From: Squalus acanthias | Taxonomy: Eukaryota | DNA length: 64,000 bases | Assembly: GCA_030390025.1 (NCBI GenBank) | Contig: JASTWF010000088.1 | Location: forward strand, 1,054,001 to 1,118,000 | Direction: 5' to 3' | Part shown: one piece after another, positions 49,621-63,096 of the stretch | How the letters are laid out: every line of letters begins with the position of its first letter | Numbering within the stretch: the first letter of the stretch is position 1 | Notes under the pieces: model-generated | Told to the model about the DNA's origin: nothing | The model's database searches: none | What the model saw: the letters and a program-made list of their open reading frames with translations, nothing else | Made by a program: the position numbers and the translations under genes

Positions 49621-50360
49621 CAGATGATCAGAAAGTCATGCGTGCAATGGGTGTGACCTTCCATGCACGGATGAAAAATCACAGAAAGCCGTAGCCAGCG
49701 TTCCCACGATTTGGTGAGAAGCTGCCCTCACCCTGCAAGTCTCTAACTGTGATGCACAATCTAGAAAATCTAGCTTTACGTGCATTCATTATTTTAGCAG
49801 AAGTGTGCAGGCGTGTAAAATACAGGTTAATGCCCCTGCCAAAATAACAGATAGAGGAATTTCACATGCATGCCTTAAATATTTAAATGCATTTATCCAC
49901 GGTTGGCCAGCTTGGTGCGACTGCCCTCACTTGGTTGTACTCTGACCTAACTGATTGTACCTGAGGCATGTCTAGCAATGGCTTCTATTGCCATCTGCAC
50001 CAACACCTCAGGGGTTCATCAAGGAGTCTATTGGCAACATCATGCATGTGTGGCACCTTCCACATGTACACTGATGGCACCAAGCTCCACCTTTCCACCC
50101 CTCCTCTGCCTCTGCATTGTCAGATTGCTTTTCCAACGTCCAGTCTTGGATGAGCCGTCAACTCTCCCAGATAAACATTGGTGAAAGGGTGGAAACAGGC
50201 GCTAAGTGGGTGCTGTGCTAATAAGACACGCCTGTTTGAAAGTCTGGTTTTAGCAGGCAATTTTAGTCCTAATTGCTGATTACCATAATTTGAACTTGCC
50301 TGGAGGCTAAAACAGACACCTGCAGGTTTAGCACTCAAGCGCTGAACAGACGCAATTTTC

Positions 50361-53300
50361 GTGACCCTGCACTGGGGTGTTGCCCGTGGGGTGTGAGGTG
50401 AATCTCTCCGGGTCCGGGCAGTGTGGGTGACCCTGCACTGGGACGCTGCCCGCGGGGTGTGAGGTGAATTTCTCCGGGCCTGGGGACGGGCAGTGTGGGT
50501 GACCCTGCCCTGGCGCAGGGTGTGAGGTGAATCTCTCCGGGTCCGGGCAGTGTGGGTGACCCTGCCCTGGGGCGCTGCCCGCGGGGTGAGAGGGGAATGT
50601 CTCCGGGCCCGGGGACGGGCAGTGTGGGTGACCCTGCACTGGGGCGCTGCCCGCGGGGTGTGCGGTGTATCTCTCCGGGCCTGGGGACGGGCAGTGTGGG
50701 TGACCCTGCCCTGGGGTGCTGCCCACCCACGGGGTGAGAGGTGAATCTCTCCGGGCTCGGGGACGGGCAGTGTGGGTGACCCTGTCCTGGGGTGCTGCCC
50801 ACCCACGGGGTGAGAGGTGAATCTCTCCGGGCCTGGGGACGGGCAGTGTGGGTGACCCTGTCCTGGGGTGCTGCCCGCGGGGTGTGCGGTGTATCTCTCC
50901 GGGCCTGGGGACGGGCAGTGTGGGTGACCCTGCCCTGGGGTGCTGCCCGCGGGGTGAGAGGTGAATCTCTCCGGGCCCGGGGACGGGCAGTGTGGGTGAC
51001 CCTGTCCTGGGGTGCTGCCCGCGGGGTGAGAGGTGAATCTCTCCGGGTCCGGGGACGGGCAGTGTGAGTGACCCTGCCCTGGGGTGCTGCCCGCGGGGTG
51101 AGAGGTGAATCTCTCCGGGGACGGGCAGTGTGGGTGACCCTGCCCTGGGGTGCTGCCCGTGGGGTGAGAGGTGAATCTCTCCGGGCCCGGGGACGGGCAG
51201 TGTGGGTGACCCTGCCCTGGGGTGCTGCCCGCGGGGTGAGAGGTGAATCTCTCCGGGCCCGGGGTCGGGCAGCGTGGGTGACCCTGCCCTGGGGTGCTGC
51301 CCGCGGGGTGAGAGGTGAATCCCTCCGGGCCCGGGGACGGGCAGTGTGAGTGACCCTGCCCTGGGGCGCTGCCCGCGGGGGTGAGAGGTGAATCTCTCCG
51401 GGCCCGGGGTCGGGCAGTGTGGGTGACCCTGCCCTGGGGTGCTGCCCGCGGGGTGAGAGGTGAATCTCTCTGGGCCCGGGGTCGGGCAGTGTGGGTGACC
51501 CTGCCCTGGGGTGCTGCCCGCGGGGTGAGAGGTGAATCTCTCCGGGCCTGGGGTCGGGCAGTGTGGGTGACCCTGTCCTGGGGCGCTGCCTGCGGGGTGT
51601 GAGGGGAATCTCTCCGGGCCCGGGGACGGGCAGCGTCGGTGACCCTGCCCTGGGGTGCTGCCCTGGCGCAGGGTGTGAGCTGAATCTCTCCGGGCCCGGG
51701 GATGGGCAGTGTGGGTGACCCTGCCCTGGGGTGCTGCCCGCGGGGTGAGAGGTGAATCTCTCCGGGGACGGGCAGTGTGGGTGACCCCGCCCTGGGGTGC
51801 TGCCCGTGGGGTGAGAGGTGAATCTCTCCGGGCCCGGGGACGGGCAGTGTGGGTGACCCTGCCCTGGGGTGCTGCCCGCGGGGTGAGAGGTGAATCTCTC
51901 CGGGCCTGGGGACGGGCAGTGTGAGTGACCCTGCCCTGGGGTGCTGCCCGCGGGGTGAGAGGTGAATCTCTCCGGGGACGGGCAGTGTGGGTGACCCCGC
52001 CCTGGGGTGCTGCCCGTGGGGTGAGAGGTGAATCTCTCCGGGCCCGGGGACAGGCAGTGTGGGTGACCCTGCCCTGGGGTGCTGACCGCGGGGTGAGAGG
52101 TGAATCTCTCCGGGCCCGGGGACGGGCAGTGTGGGTGACCCTGCCCTGGGGTGCTGCCCGCGGGGTGAGAGGTGAATCTCTCCGGGCCCGGAGACGGGCA
52201 GTGTGGGTGACCCTGCCCTGGGGTGCTGCCCGCAGGGTGAGAGGTGAATCTCTCCGGGCCCGGGGACGGGCAGTGTGGGTGACCCTGCCCTGGGGTGCTG
52301 CCCGCGGGGTGAGAGGTGAATCTCTCCGGGGACGGGCATTGTGGGTGACCCTGCCCTGGGGTGCTGCCTGTGGGGTGAGAGGTGAATCTCTCCGGGCCCG
52401 GGGTCGGGCAGTGTGGGTGACCCTGCCCTGGGGTGCTGCCCGCGGGGTGAGAGGTGAATCTCTCCGGGCCTGGGGTCGGGCAGTGTGGGTGACCCTGTCC
52501 TGGGGCGCTGCCTGCGGGGTGTGAGGGGAATCTCTCCGGGCCCGGGGACGGGCAGCGTCGGTGACCCTGCCCTGGGGTGCTGCCCTGGCGCAGGGTGTGA
52601 GCTGAATGTCTCCGGGCCCGGGGATGGGCAGTGTGGGTGACTCTGCCCTGGGGTGCTGCCCGCGGGGTGAGAGGTGAATCTCTCCGGGGACGGGCAGTGT
52701 GGGTGACCCCGCCCTGGGGTGCTGCCCGCGGGGTGAGAGGTGAATCTCTCCGGGCCCGGGGACGGGCAGTGTGGGTGACCCTGCCCTGGGGTGCTGCCCG
52801 TGGGGTGAGAGGTGAATCTCTCCGGGCCCGGGAACGGGCAGTGTGGGTGAAACTGCCCTGGGGTGCTGCCCGCGGGGTGAGAGGTGAATCTCTCCGGGGA
52901 CGGGCAGTGTGGGTGACCCTGCCCTGGGGTGCTGCCTGTGGGGTGAGAGGTGAATCTCTCCGGGCCCGGGAACGGGCAGTGTGGGTGACCCTGCCCTGGG
53001 GTGCTGCCCTGGCGCAGGGTGTGAGCTGAATCTCTCCGGGCCCGGGGACAGGCAGTGTGGGTGACCCTGCCCTGGGGTGCTGCCCGCGGGGTGAGAGGTG
53101 AATCTCTCCGGGCCCGGGGACGGGCAGTGTGAGTGACCCTGCCCTGGGGTGCTGCCCGCGGGGTGAGAGGTGAATCTCTCCGGGGACGGGCAGTGTGGGT
53201 GACCCTGCCCTGGGGTGCTGCCCGTGGGGTGAGAGGTGAATCTCTCCGGGCCCGGGGACGGGCAGTGTGGGTGACCCTGCCCTGGGGTGCTGCCCGCGGG

Positions 53301-56300
53301 GTGAGAGGTGAATCTCTCTGGGCCCGGGGACGGGCAGTGTGGGTGACCCTGCCCTGGGGTGCTGCCCGCGGGGTGAGAGGTGAATCTCTCCGGGCCCGGG
53401 GACGGGCAGTGTGGGTGACCCTGCCCTGGGGTGCTGCCCGCGGGGTGAGAGGTGAATCTCTCCGGGGACGGGCAGTGTGGGTGACCCTGCCCTGGGGTGC
53501 TGCCTGTGGGGTGAGAGGTGAATCTCTCCGGGCCCGGGGACGGGCAGTGTGAGTGACCCTGCCCTGGGGCGCTGCCCGCGGGGGTGAGAGGTGAATCTCT
53601 CCGGGCCCGGGGTCGGGCAGTGTGGGTGACCCTGCCCTGGGGTGCTGCCCGCGGGGTGAGAGGTGAATCTCTCCGGGCCCGGGGTCGGGCAGTGTGGGTG
53701 ACCCTGCCCTGGGGTGCTGCCCGCGGGGTGAGAGGTGAATCTCTCCGGGCCTGGGGTCGGGCAGTGTGGGTGACCCTGTCCTGGGGCGCTGCCTGCGGGG
53801 TGTGAGGGGAATCTCTCCGGGCCCGGGGACGGGCAGCGTCGGTGACCCTGCCCTGGGGCGCTGCCCGCGGGGTGAGAGGTGAATCTCTCCGGGCCTGGGG
53901 TCGGGCAGTGTGGGTGACCCTGTCCTGGGGCGCTGCCTGCGGGGTGTGAGGGGAATCTCTCCGGGCCCGGGGACGGGCAGCGTCGGTGGCCCTGCCCTGG
54001 GGTGCTGCCCTGGCGCAGGGTGTGAGCTGAATCTCTCCGGGCCCGGGGATGGGCAGTGTGGGTGACCCTGCCCTGGGGTGCTGCCGTGGGGTGATAGGTG
54101 AATCTCTCCGGGCCTGGGGTCGGGCAGTGTGGGTGACCCTGTCCTGGGGCGCTGCCTGCGGGGTGTGAGGGGAATCTCTCCGGGCCCGGGGACGGGCAGC
54201 GTCGGTGACCCTGCCCTGGGGTGCTGCCCGCGGGGTGAGAGGTGAATCTCTCCGGGCCCGGGGACGGGCAGTGTGGGTGACCCTGCCCTGGGGTGCTGCC
54301 CGTGGGGTGAGAGGTGAATCTCTCCGGGCCCGGGGACGGGCAGTGGGTGACCCTGCCCTGGGGTGCTGCCGTGGGGTGAGAGGTGAGTCTCTCCGGGCCC
54401 GGGGACGGGCAGTGTGGGTGACCCTGCCCTGGGGTGCTGCCCGCGGGGTGAGAGGTGAATCTCTCCGAGCCCGGGGACGGGCAGTGTGAGTGACCCTGCC
54501 CTGGGGCGCTGCCCGCGGGGGTGAGAGGGGAATCTCTCCGAGCCCGGGGACGGGCAGTGTGAGTGACCCTGCCCTGGGGCGCTGCCCGCGGGGGTGAGAG
54601 GGGAATCTCTCCGGGCCCGGGGTCGGGCAGTGTGGGTGACCCTGCCCTGGGGTGCTGCCCGCGGGGTGAGAGTTGAATCTCTCCGGGCCCGGGGTCGGGC
54701 AGTGTGGGTGACCCTGCCCTGGGGTGCTGCCCGCGGGGTGAGAGGTGAATCTCTCCGGGCCTGGGGTCGGGCCATGTGGGTGACCCTGTCCTGGGGCGCT
54801 GCCTGCGGGGAGTGAGGGGAATCTCTCCGGGCCCGGGGACGGGCAGCGTCGGTGACCCTGCCCTGGGGTGCTGCCCGCGGGGTGAGAGGTGAATCTCTCC
54901 GGGTCCGGGGACGGGCAGTGTGGGTGACCCTGTCCTGGGGTGCTGCCCGCGGGGTGAGACGTGAATCTCTCCGGGTCCGGGGACGGGCAGTGTGAGTGAC
55001 CCTGCACTGGGATGCTGCCCGTGGGGTGTGAGGTGAATCTCTCCAGGGACGGGCAGTGTGGGTGACCCTGCCCTGGAGTGCTGCCCCTGGGGTGAGAGGT
55101 GAATCTCTCAGGGCCCGGGGTCGGGCATTGTGGGTGACCCTGTCCTGGGGTGCTGCCCGCGGGGTGAGAGGTGAATCTCTCCGGGCCCGGGGTCGGGCAG
55201 TGTGGGTGACCCTGCCCTGGGGTGCTGCCCGTGGGGTGAATCTCTCCGGGCCCGGGGTCGGGCCGTGTGGGTGACCCTGCCCTGGGGTGCTGCCCGTGGG
55301 GTGAGGGGTGAATCTCTCCGGGCCCGGGGTCGGGCAGTGTGGGTGACCCTGTCCTGGGGTGCTGCCCGTGTGGTGAGGGGTGAATCTCTCCGGGCCCGGG
55401 GTCGGGCTGTGTGGGTGACCCTGCCCTGGGACACTGCCCGCGGGGTGTGAGGTGAATCTCTCCGGGCCTGGGGACGGGCAGTGTGGGTGACCCTGCACTG
55501 GGACGCTGCCCGCGGGGTGTGAGGTGAATCTCTCTGGGCCCGGGGTCGGGCAGTGTGGGTGACCCTGCCTGGGGTGCTGCCCGCGGGGTGAGAGGTGAAT
55601 CTCTCCGGGCCCAGGGTGGGCAGTGTGGGTGACCCTGTCCTGGGGTGCTGCCCGTGGGGTGTGAGGTGAATCTCTCCAGGGACGGGCAGTGTGGGTGACC
55701 CTGCCCTGGAGTGCTGCCCATGGGGTGAGAGGTGAATCTCTCCGGGCCCGGGGTCGGGCAGTGTGGGTGACCCTGCCCTGGGGTGCTGCCCGTGGGGTGA
55801 ATCTCTCCGGGCCCGGGGTCGGGCAGTGTGGGTGACCCTGCCCTGGGGTGCTGCCCGTGGGGTGAGGGGTGAATCTCTCCGGGCCCGGGGTCGGGCAGTG
55901 TGGGTGACCCTGTCCTGGGGTGCTGCCCGTGTGGTGAGGGGTGAATCTCTCCGGGCCCGGGGTCGGGCTGTGTGAGTGACCCTGCCCTGGGACACTGCCC
56001 GCGGGGTGTGAGGTGAATCTCTCCGGGCCTGGGGACGGGCAGTGTGGGTGACCCTGCCTGGGGTGCTGCCCGCGGGGTGAGAGGTGAATCTCTCCGGGCC
56101 CAGGGTGGGCAGTGTGGGTGACCCTGTCCTGGGGTGCTGCCCGCGGGGTGTGAGGTGAATTTCTCAGGGCCCGGGGACGGGCAGTGTGGGTGACCCTGTC
56201 TTGGGGTGCTGCCCGCGGGGTGTGAGGTGAATTTCTCAGGGCCCGGGGACGGGCAGTGTGAGTGACCCTGCACTGGGACGCTGCCCACGTGGTGTGAGGT

Positions 56301-56728
56301 GAATCTCTCAGGGGACAGGCAGTGTGGGTGACCCTATTCTGGGACGCTGCCCGCGGGGTGAGAGGTGAATCTCTCCGGTCCCGGGGTCGGGCAGTGTGGG
56401 TGACCCTGCCCTGGGGTGCTGCCCATGGGGTGAGAGGTGAATCTCTCCGGGCCCGGGGATGGGCAGTGTGAGTGACCCTGCACTGGGACGCTGCCCGCGG
56501 GGTGAGAGGTGAATCTCTCTGGGTCCGGGCAGTGTGGGTGACCTTGCCCTGGGACGCTGCCCACTCGAGGGGTGAGAGGTGAATCTCTCAGGGGACAGCA
56601 GTGTGGGTGACCCTACCCTGGGACACTGCCCGCGGGGTGTGAGTTGAATCTCTCAGGGGACAGGCAGTGTGGATGACCCTACCCTGGGACGCTGCCCACT
56701 CGAGGGGTGAGAGGTGAATCGCTCCAGG
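50361..56728. repeat. GC-rich 72-bp (and 66-bp variant) minisatellite, ~6.4 kb, about 90 copies
   Basis: Unit gggcagtgtgggtgaccctgccctggggtgctgcccgcggggtgagaggtgaatctctccgggcccggggac. Confidence 0.97.
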
Positions 56729-57004
56729 CCAGTGTTGCTCAGAGAGCGGCCAATGTGCGCACAGAAAGTGGTCGGGAGCCCACGGGCAGCGCCCATATGA
56801 GGGAGAAGGAAATAGAGGGTTATGCTGATAGATTTAGATGAGGAAAGACGGGAGTTGGCTCGAATGGAGAATTACCGCCGGCATGGACTGGCTGGGCCAA
56901 ATGGCCTGTTTCGGTGCCGCACATCCGATGTAATGTAATATGCGCACAGAGAGTGCGCGGAGGACCGCCGGGCACCGCCCATTGAGAGGTGCGCACCTCC
57001 AATT

Positions 57005-57260
57005 CCCCACAGCCCCGCCCCGCCCCGCCCCTCGCTCAGATTCAAACTGCCGGACGCTGGGCGCCAACCGCCGGAGTCAGCGCGGAGGCAGGAGAACTAC
57101 AACTCCCAGGAGGCAGCGCGGCCCGGCTCCTCTCCGCTGCCGCCTCTCACTGTGCGCAGGCGCGCGGCGCTGTCTGGGTAGTGTAGTTCTCGTGCTGAGA
57201 GAGCAAAGAGCAGCCCCGGGAGGGAGAGCCCGGCACAGTCGTCACAGTGACAGCAAGTGA
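57005..57260. promoter_or_regulatory. CpG-rich promoter-like module: GC boxes, two inverted ZNF143/THAP11-type sites, NRF1-like site
   Basis: ccccgccccgccccgcccc at 57013-31; ACTACAACTCCCAG at 57096-57109; minus-strand ACTACACTACCCAG at 57174-87; tgcgcaggcgcg at 57153-64. Confidence 0.75.
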
Positions 57261-57955
57261 GACAGACGGGAGGGTGAGACAGACGGGAGGGTCAGCGAGG
57301 GGGAACAGGGCGGGTCAGCGAGTGGGGGGGTCAGTGAGAGACAGATAGGAGGGTCAGTCAGAGGGGGGGAAGGGAGGGTCAGTCAGAGGGGGGAAAGGGA
57401 GGGTCAGTCAGAGGGGGGAAAGGGAGGGTCAGTCAGAGGGGGAAAGGAGGGTCAGTCAGAGGGGGGAAAGGGAGGGTCAGTCAGAGGGGGGAAAGGGAGG
57501 GTCAGTCAGAGGGGGGAAAGGGAGGGTCAGTCAGAGGGGAAAGGGAGGGTCAGCGAGGGGGGAACAGGGCGGGTCAGCGAGTGGGGGGTTAGTGAGAGAC
57601 AGATAGGAGGGTCAGTCAGAGGGGGGAAAGGGAGGGTCAGTCAGAGGGGGGAAAGGGAGGGTCAGTCAGAGGGGGGAAAGGGAGGGTCAGCGAGGGGGGG
57701 AAAGGGAGGGTCAGTCAGAGGGGGGAAAGGGAGGGTCAGTCAGAGGGGGGAAAGGGAGGGTCAGCGAGGGGGGAAAGGGAGGGTCAGCGAGAGACAGATA
57801 GGAGGGTCAGTCAGAGGGGAAAGGGAGGGTCAGCGAGGGGGGAAAGGGAGGGTCAGTGAGAGACAGATAGGAGGGTCAGTCAGAGGGGAAAGGGAGGGTC
57901 AGTGAGAGACAGATAGGAGGGTCAGCGAGGGGGGGAAGGGCGGGTCAGCGAGGGG
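57260..57955. repeat. Purine-rich ~25-bp minisatellite
   Basis: Unit gggagggtcagtcagaggggggaaa. Confidence 0.92.
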
Positions 57956-58775
57956 GGCAATTTTAACAGCGTTTGGATTTCGGTGCCGGCAGCGGGTTAA
58001 ATTCGGCGAAATTGGCAGTGTCTGGGGGCCGGCTCCAACTCGTCGACTTCGAGATTTAACTCTGGCTCCCATGGCTGTGTGTGTAACCCCTCCGGACAGG
58101 TAGGTTAGTGATTTGAATATTTAAATCTGTGAATTGCAGCAATATTTTAACAACATTTCAATTGAGCAGCACGTGCACAGATTTCCCAGGCTTCCTGAAA
58201 CACGCCATTAAAACCAAGCCGAGAAGACTGAACAGAAACTCATGGGGCTCTTTAAAAGTTAGGCACATGCAGCAATAAATACTCAGAGCTCAGTTAGCTG
58301 CTTTCTTACCCCCCCCAGTGGGAAAGTGTTTGTTGAGAGTACTTGTGGTGAGAAGTTAATTTCTGCACTTTGCAGGTAATGAGACTCAAGATCAGGATGG
58401 CTGGCGCCATGGCTGCCTGAGATTGGACCTCGGACGAGGAGCAAGGTGACAATCAGGAGCAGCAACAGCCTGCGGTGTAGAGACCTGCAGGTGGCCAGCA
58501 GAGAGGGGTCGAGCTCGCAGGAGGCGCGACACGGTGTACAGGCAGAGGCTGAGTGTCCTGGACCTCTCCGATGAGCAGTGTTTCTGCAGGCTGAGGTTGT
58601 CACGTCAGGTGATGGCTGACATCTGCAGCCTCCTGGAAGAAGACCTGCTCTCTGTTGGACCTCGTGTCCACGTGTTACCAGTGGCTGTCAAAATCACCAC
58701 CGGCCTCAACCTTTTTGCCTCTGGATCCTTCCAGAGCGCCACCGGAAACAGATCCAGGATCTCCCAGTTGGCTGT
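57954..58775 (+). mobile_element. Harbinger transposon 5' part with a disrupted HARBI1-like transposase N-terminus
   Basis: YRQRLSVLDLSDEQC..RLRLSR..ICSLL...LPVAVKITTGLNLFASGSFQ; starts ggggcaattttaac; truncated by a CR1. Confidence 0.85.
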
Positions 58776-60430
58776 ATGTAAGAACATAAGAAATAGAAGC
58801 AGGAGTGGGCCATACGGCCCCTCGAGCCTGCTGCGCCATTCAATAAGATCATGGCTGAACTTCTACATTGACCCCACTTTCCCGCCCTATCCTCACATCC
58901 CTTGATTCCCTTAGTGCCCAGAAATCTATCGATCTGAGTCTTGAATATACTCAATGACTGAGCATCCACAGCCCTCTGGGGTAGAGAATTCCAAAGATTC
59001 ACAACCCTCTGAGTGAAGAAATTTCTCCCCATCTCAGTCCTAAATGACTGACCCCTTATCCTGAGACTATGCCCCCTACTTCTAGAGTCTCCAGCCGGGG
59101 GAATCTGCATCTAACCTGTCAAACCCTCTAAGAATTTTATGCGTTTCAATTAGATCACCTCTCATTCTTCTAAACTCCAGAGAGTATAGGCCCATTCTAC
59201 TCAATCTCTCCTCATAGGGCAACCCTCTCATCCCAGGAATCAATCTAGTGAACCTTTGTTGCACCCCCTCTAAAGCAAATATATCCTTCCTTAGGTAAGG
59301 AGACCAAAACTGTACGCAGTACTCCAAGTGTGGTCTCACTAAAGCCCTATACAATTGCAAACAAGACTTCCTTACTCTTATACTCCAACCCCCTTGCAAT
59401 AAAGGCTAACTTACCTTTTGCCTTCCTAATTACTTGCTGTACCTGCTTGTTAACTTTCTGTGATTTGTGTACAAGGATACCCAAATCCCTCTGAATACCA
59501 ACATTTACTAGTCTCTCACCTTTTAAAAATATAATGCTTTTGTATTTTTTCTACTGAAGTGGACAGTTTCACATTATACTCCATCTGCCAACTTCTTGCC
59601 CAATCACTTAACCCTTTGCAGCCTCTTTTGTGTCCTCCTCACAGCTAACTTCCCCACCTAGCTTTGTATCATTAGCAAACTTGGATATATTACATTTAGT
59701 CCCCTCATCTAAGTCATTGATGTAGATTGTGACTAGATGAGGCCCAAGCATTGATCCTTGCGGTACCCCACTAGTTACAGCCTGCCATCCCGAAAATGAC
59801 CCATTTATTCTTACTCTGTGTTTTCTGTCCATTAACCAATCCTCAATCCATGCTAATATATTACCCCTAATCCCATGAGCCCTAATCTTGTATATCAACC
59901 TCTTGTGTGGCACCTTATCGAATGTTTTCTGGAAATCCAAATATACTACATCCACTGGTTCCCCCTTATCTATTCTGCTTGTTTCACCCTCAAAAAAAAC
60001 TCCCATAGATTTGTCAAACACAATTTCCCTTTCATATAACTGTATTGACTCTGCCTAATCATATTGTGATTTTCCAAGTGTCCTGTTACCACGTCCTTAA
60101 TAATAGATGCTAGCATTTTCCCTACTAGTGATGTCAGGCTAATTGGCCTATAGTTCCCAGTTTCCCACCATCTTTTTTGAATAGAGGGCTTACATTTGCT
60201 ACCTTCCAATGCACGGGGACTGTTCTAGAATCTAAGGAATTCTACGTGGTAACGGGGCACTTGGAAAATAATAATAGGATTGGGCAGAGTCAGCATGGAT
60301 TTATGAAAGGAAAATCGTGTTTGACAAATCTGTTAGTTTTTTGAGGTTGTAACTAGCAGAATAGATAAGGGGGAACCAGTGGATGTGGTGTATTTGGATT
60401 TTCAGAAGGCATTCGATAAGGTGCCACACA
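58776..60430 (-). mobile_element. CR1 3' half (minus, to ~60243) plus a short plus-strand CR1 RT fragment (60244-60430)
   Basis: YLDFQKTFDKVPH, GVPQGSMLGP, LVRPHLEYC; 3' tail at 58776. Confidence 0.9.
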
Positions 60431-60556
60431 TTTCTGGGGGTCTGTTTACAATGACACTTGTCATACCATAATGAATCAGCAATAACAGTGTTCGTGAGAG
60501 ATGGTCTATAAAGATCTTGAGCTTTCCTTAACAAGTTGTAGAAAGAGTCAGGATCG

Positions 60557-60832
60557 AAAGACTTGCATTTATATAGCGCCTTTCACGACCACCGGACGTC
60601 TCAAAGCGCTTTACAGTCAATTAAGTACTTTTGAAGTGGAGTCACTGTTGTAATGTGGGAAACACGGCAGCCAATTTGCGCACAGCAAGGTCCCACAAAC
60701 AGCAATGTAATAATGACCAGATAATCTGTTTTTGTTGTGTTGGTTGAGGGATAAATATTGGCCAGGATACCGGGGATAACTCCCCTGCTCCTCTTCGAAA
60801 TAGTGCCATGGGATCTTTTACGTCCACCTGAG
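60557..60832 (-). mobile_element. Second Deu-domain SINE copy
   Basis: Reverse complement of part of 47036-47340. Confidence 0.85.
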
Positions 60833-61074
60833 ATTAATTCGGAGATTATTACCTTAGAGGTTCTGCTTTTCAAATTTGTACCCTAGCTTCTCAAACTCCC
60901 TCAGCATAACCTCATTCCTAGTTCTACCTATGTTATTGCTTCCTACGTGGACCACGACAACTGGATCTTACCCCTCCTGCTCCAAGTTCTTCTCCAGCTG
61001 TGAGCAGATGTCCTTAACCCTGGCACCGGGCAGGCAACACGGCCTTCGGGACTCCTGGTTGCGGCTGCAGAGAC
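60833..61074 (-). mobile_element. CR1 ORF1 esterase fragment
   Basis: Homologous to 8320-8550 and 47420-47645. Confidence 0.8.
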
Positions 61075-61150
61075 CAATGTTCCCTCTAATTTTGTTTTGT
61101 ACTGAGCCGGCCACGAACTCCTTTGAGTGCGACCTTTTCGTCCGTGAGCA
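61075..61150. mobile_element. Possible hAT (Tip100-like) terminus
   Basis: caatgttccctctaatttt resembles recalled hAT TIRs; the partner end is not seen. Confidence 0.3.
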
Positions 61151-63096
61151 AATTTTAAAACAACAATAACTTTAACAACAACGACAGCAACTGCAAACAA
61201 TTAAAAGCATATATACAGGAATGCCATATTGCCACCCCACCGTCTCAAATCATGAGACAATCAGACAAGATTCTATACAAGATTAACGTAACGTCTCTGC
61301 TTTTGAATTCTATTCCTCTAGAAATGAGCCCCAGTGCTTTATTTGCACATTAATGGCTTTTTTAACCTGCGTTGCTACTTTTAATGATTTGTGAATCTAT
61401 ACTCCTTGATTCCTTTGCATCTCTACCCCATTTAGAATCTTATTTTCCAAGGAGCAGGTCACCTCCTTATTCCTCCTACCAAAATGCACCACCTCACACT
61501 TATCTAGATTGAAATTCATTTGTCATTTACATGCCCATTCTGCAAGTTTGTTTACGGTAGAATGAATTAAAAGCTTTTAGTTCGTCATGTACAAACTATT
61601 TAAAAATAAAATTACTTGTCAGAAATGACTGGGATATAAAAGAACTGCATAATAATACATTAACACTTCAGAAACATCACTCAGTTACACGGTTATGCAT
61701 TGACAAACAATCCAAAAGCCCAAGGTGAGCTGAAAGAGGCATATCTATTCGTGCAATTAGTATTAATTGTAAAGTTTTCAACGTATTAGCCCATCCCTCA
61801 TGTCACTATAGCAGTGGCTGCACAAGCAGCAGGAGCAGCAGCTTTCCTATAGCGCTGACGTGCTGTACGTCCAGATATGTAATTAGAATATTAATCACAA
61901 TGCAACCAGACAACCAACAAATATAAAGTGCTGTAGTTCTTTAGAGCACAGTATTAAAAAGAATTGAACAAAAACAGGTATCCGTATTTCCAACTTCAAT
62001 CACTTCCATTAATAATCGTTGTCTTCTTGAACCAGCACACCCACCATGTAACATCTCAGAAATGCAGCACTTATTCACAAGTGCAGAAAAACACACACAC
62101 AATTTGCATCACCGAATTAAAAACAAAAAGCAGGAAAAGCTATGATTTAGCAGAAATAAACACCCATCTTTCTTCCTGGACAGGAGAACCAATCAGACTG
62201 ACTTGGAAATGTTTACTAGTAGGTTGACGTAAAGATGTTAATTTACGAATTTCGCTTCTAATGTTTTTCTCTCAAACATTCTCCACAATATTGATCCCTG
62301 CTCTTATCACGAAAAGTGTTGAATTATTTTCGGTACTTCGCAATGAAATAGTGGGAAACAAACTTCATTGTACTTTCAATTTTTAATCTCCTATTTCAAA
62401 CATTTATACCAAATCAAAATTGTACATTATCAGTTTAATCAAAGTATTTTCTGTGTCTTTCTCAATAAACAAATAGTAGTTTCTTCTAAAGTAGCTTCCT
62501 GCAATTTTTATACATCATTACATAACTCGTGTTTCTATTAACACTCCACTAAATGTTTAAGAGGAAATCTATATTTACATTATTCCTGGGACTTGTTAGG
62601 ACTATAGAACGACAGACAAAATAAAATGGTTTGTGTTTTTCCCCTTTTTTGGTTCTCTTCCTAAACGTCTTAATGATACTTTTTATTGACTTTAAAAAAT
62701 ATAATATGTAACTCCTGCAAATCCTCCCCTCAACAGCATGGTTGCATGTTTGTGTAAAGCTACTCACTTCAGTCGATCGTTCAAAATCAAATATTGAGAA
62801 ATTTCAATTTTAAAACATTTTAAGCATTTCAGAGCCTCTTTAAAAGCGTTTGGACTTCAAGACCTGGTTGAAACTTGTTTAGATGAGGGGAAAATTGATT
62901 TTTGCTCCTGTTTCTTCCAAAATCATATTCGAAACTCGGGGGAAAGAAATGTTTTTAACACTCGTTTTTTGTGAAAAGTTCATTAAAAATCTTTACATTC
63001 TTTCAAGTCTCGTTGCAGCTTTGACATAAGTTGCTCCAAGTTTCTCTTTTCCTCTTCAACACTGTCGTTAAACATACAACAAAAAATAATAATTAA

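Noticed and set aside
50120-56288. 1792-aa and 1986-aa minus-strand ORFs
   Set aside because: The repeat units are multiples of 3 and stop-free. The peptide switches register at indel units, and there is no unique domain or gene structure.
50361-56728. RAG recombination-signal heptamer-like cacactg in each unit
   Set aside because: One mismatch to CACAGTG, no nonamer at 12 or 23 bp, and no V/J segments.
59910-60430. Twin-priming inversion of a CR1
   Set aside because: The inverted piece overlaps the same RT region and differs in sequence, so these are two independent insertions.
60943-61200. TM-like ORF VAVVVVKVIVVLK
   Set aside because: It derives from (caa)n-like low complexity, contains an internal Lys, and runs into a TIR-like sequence and a CR1.
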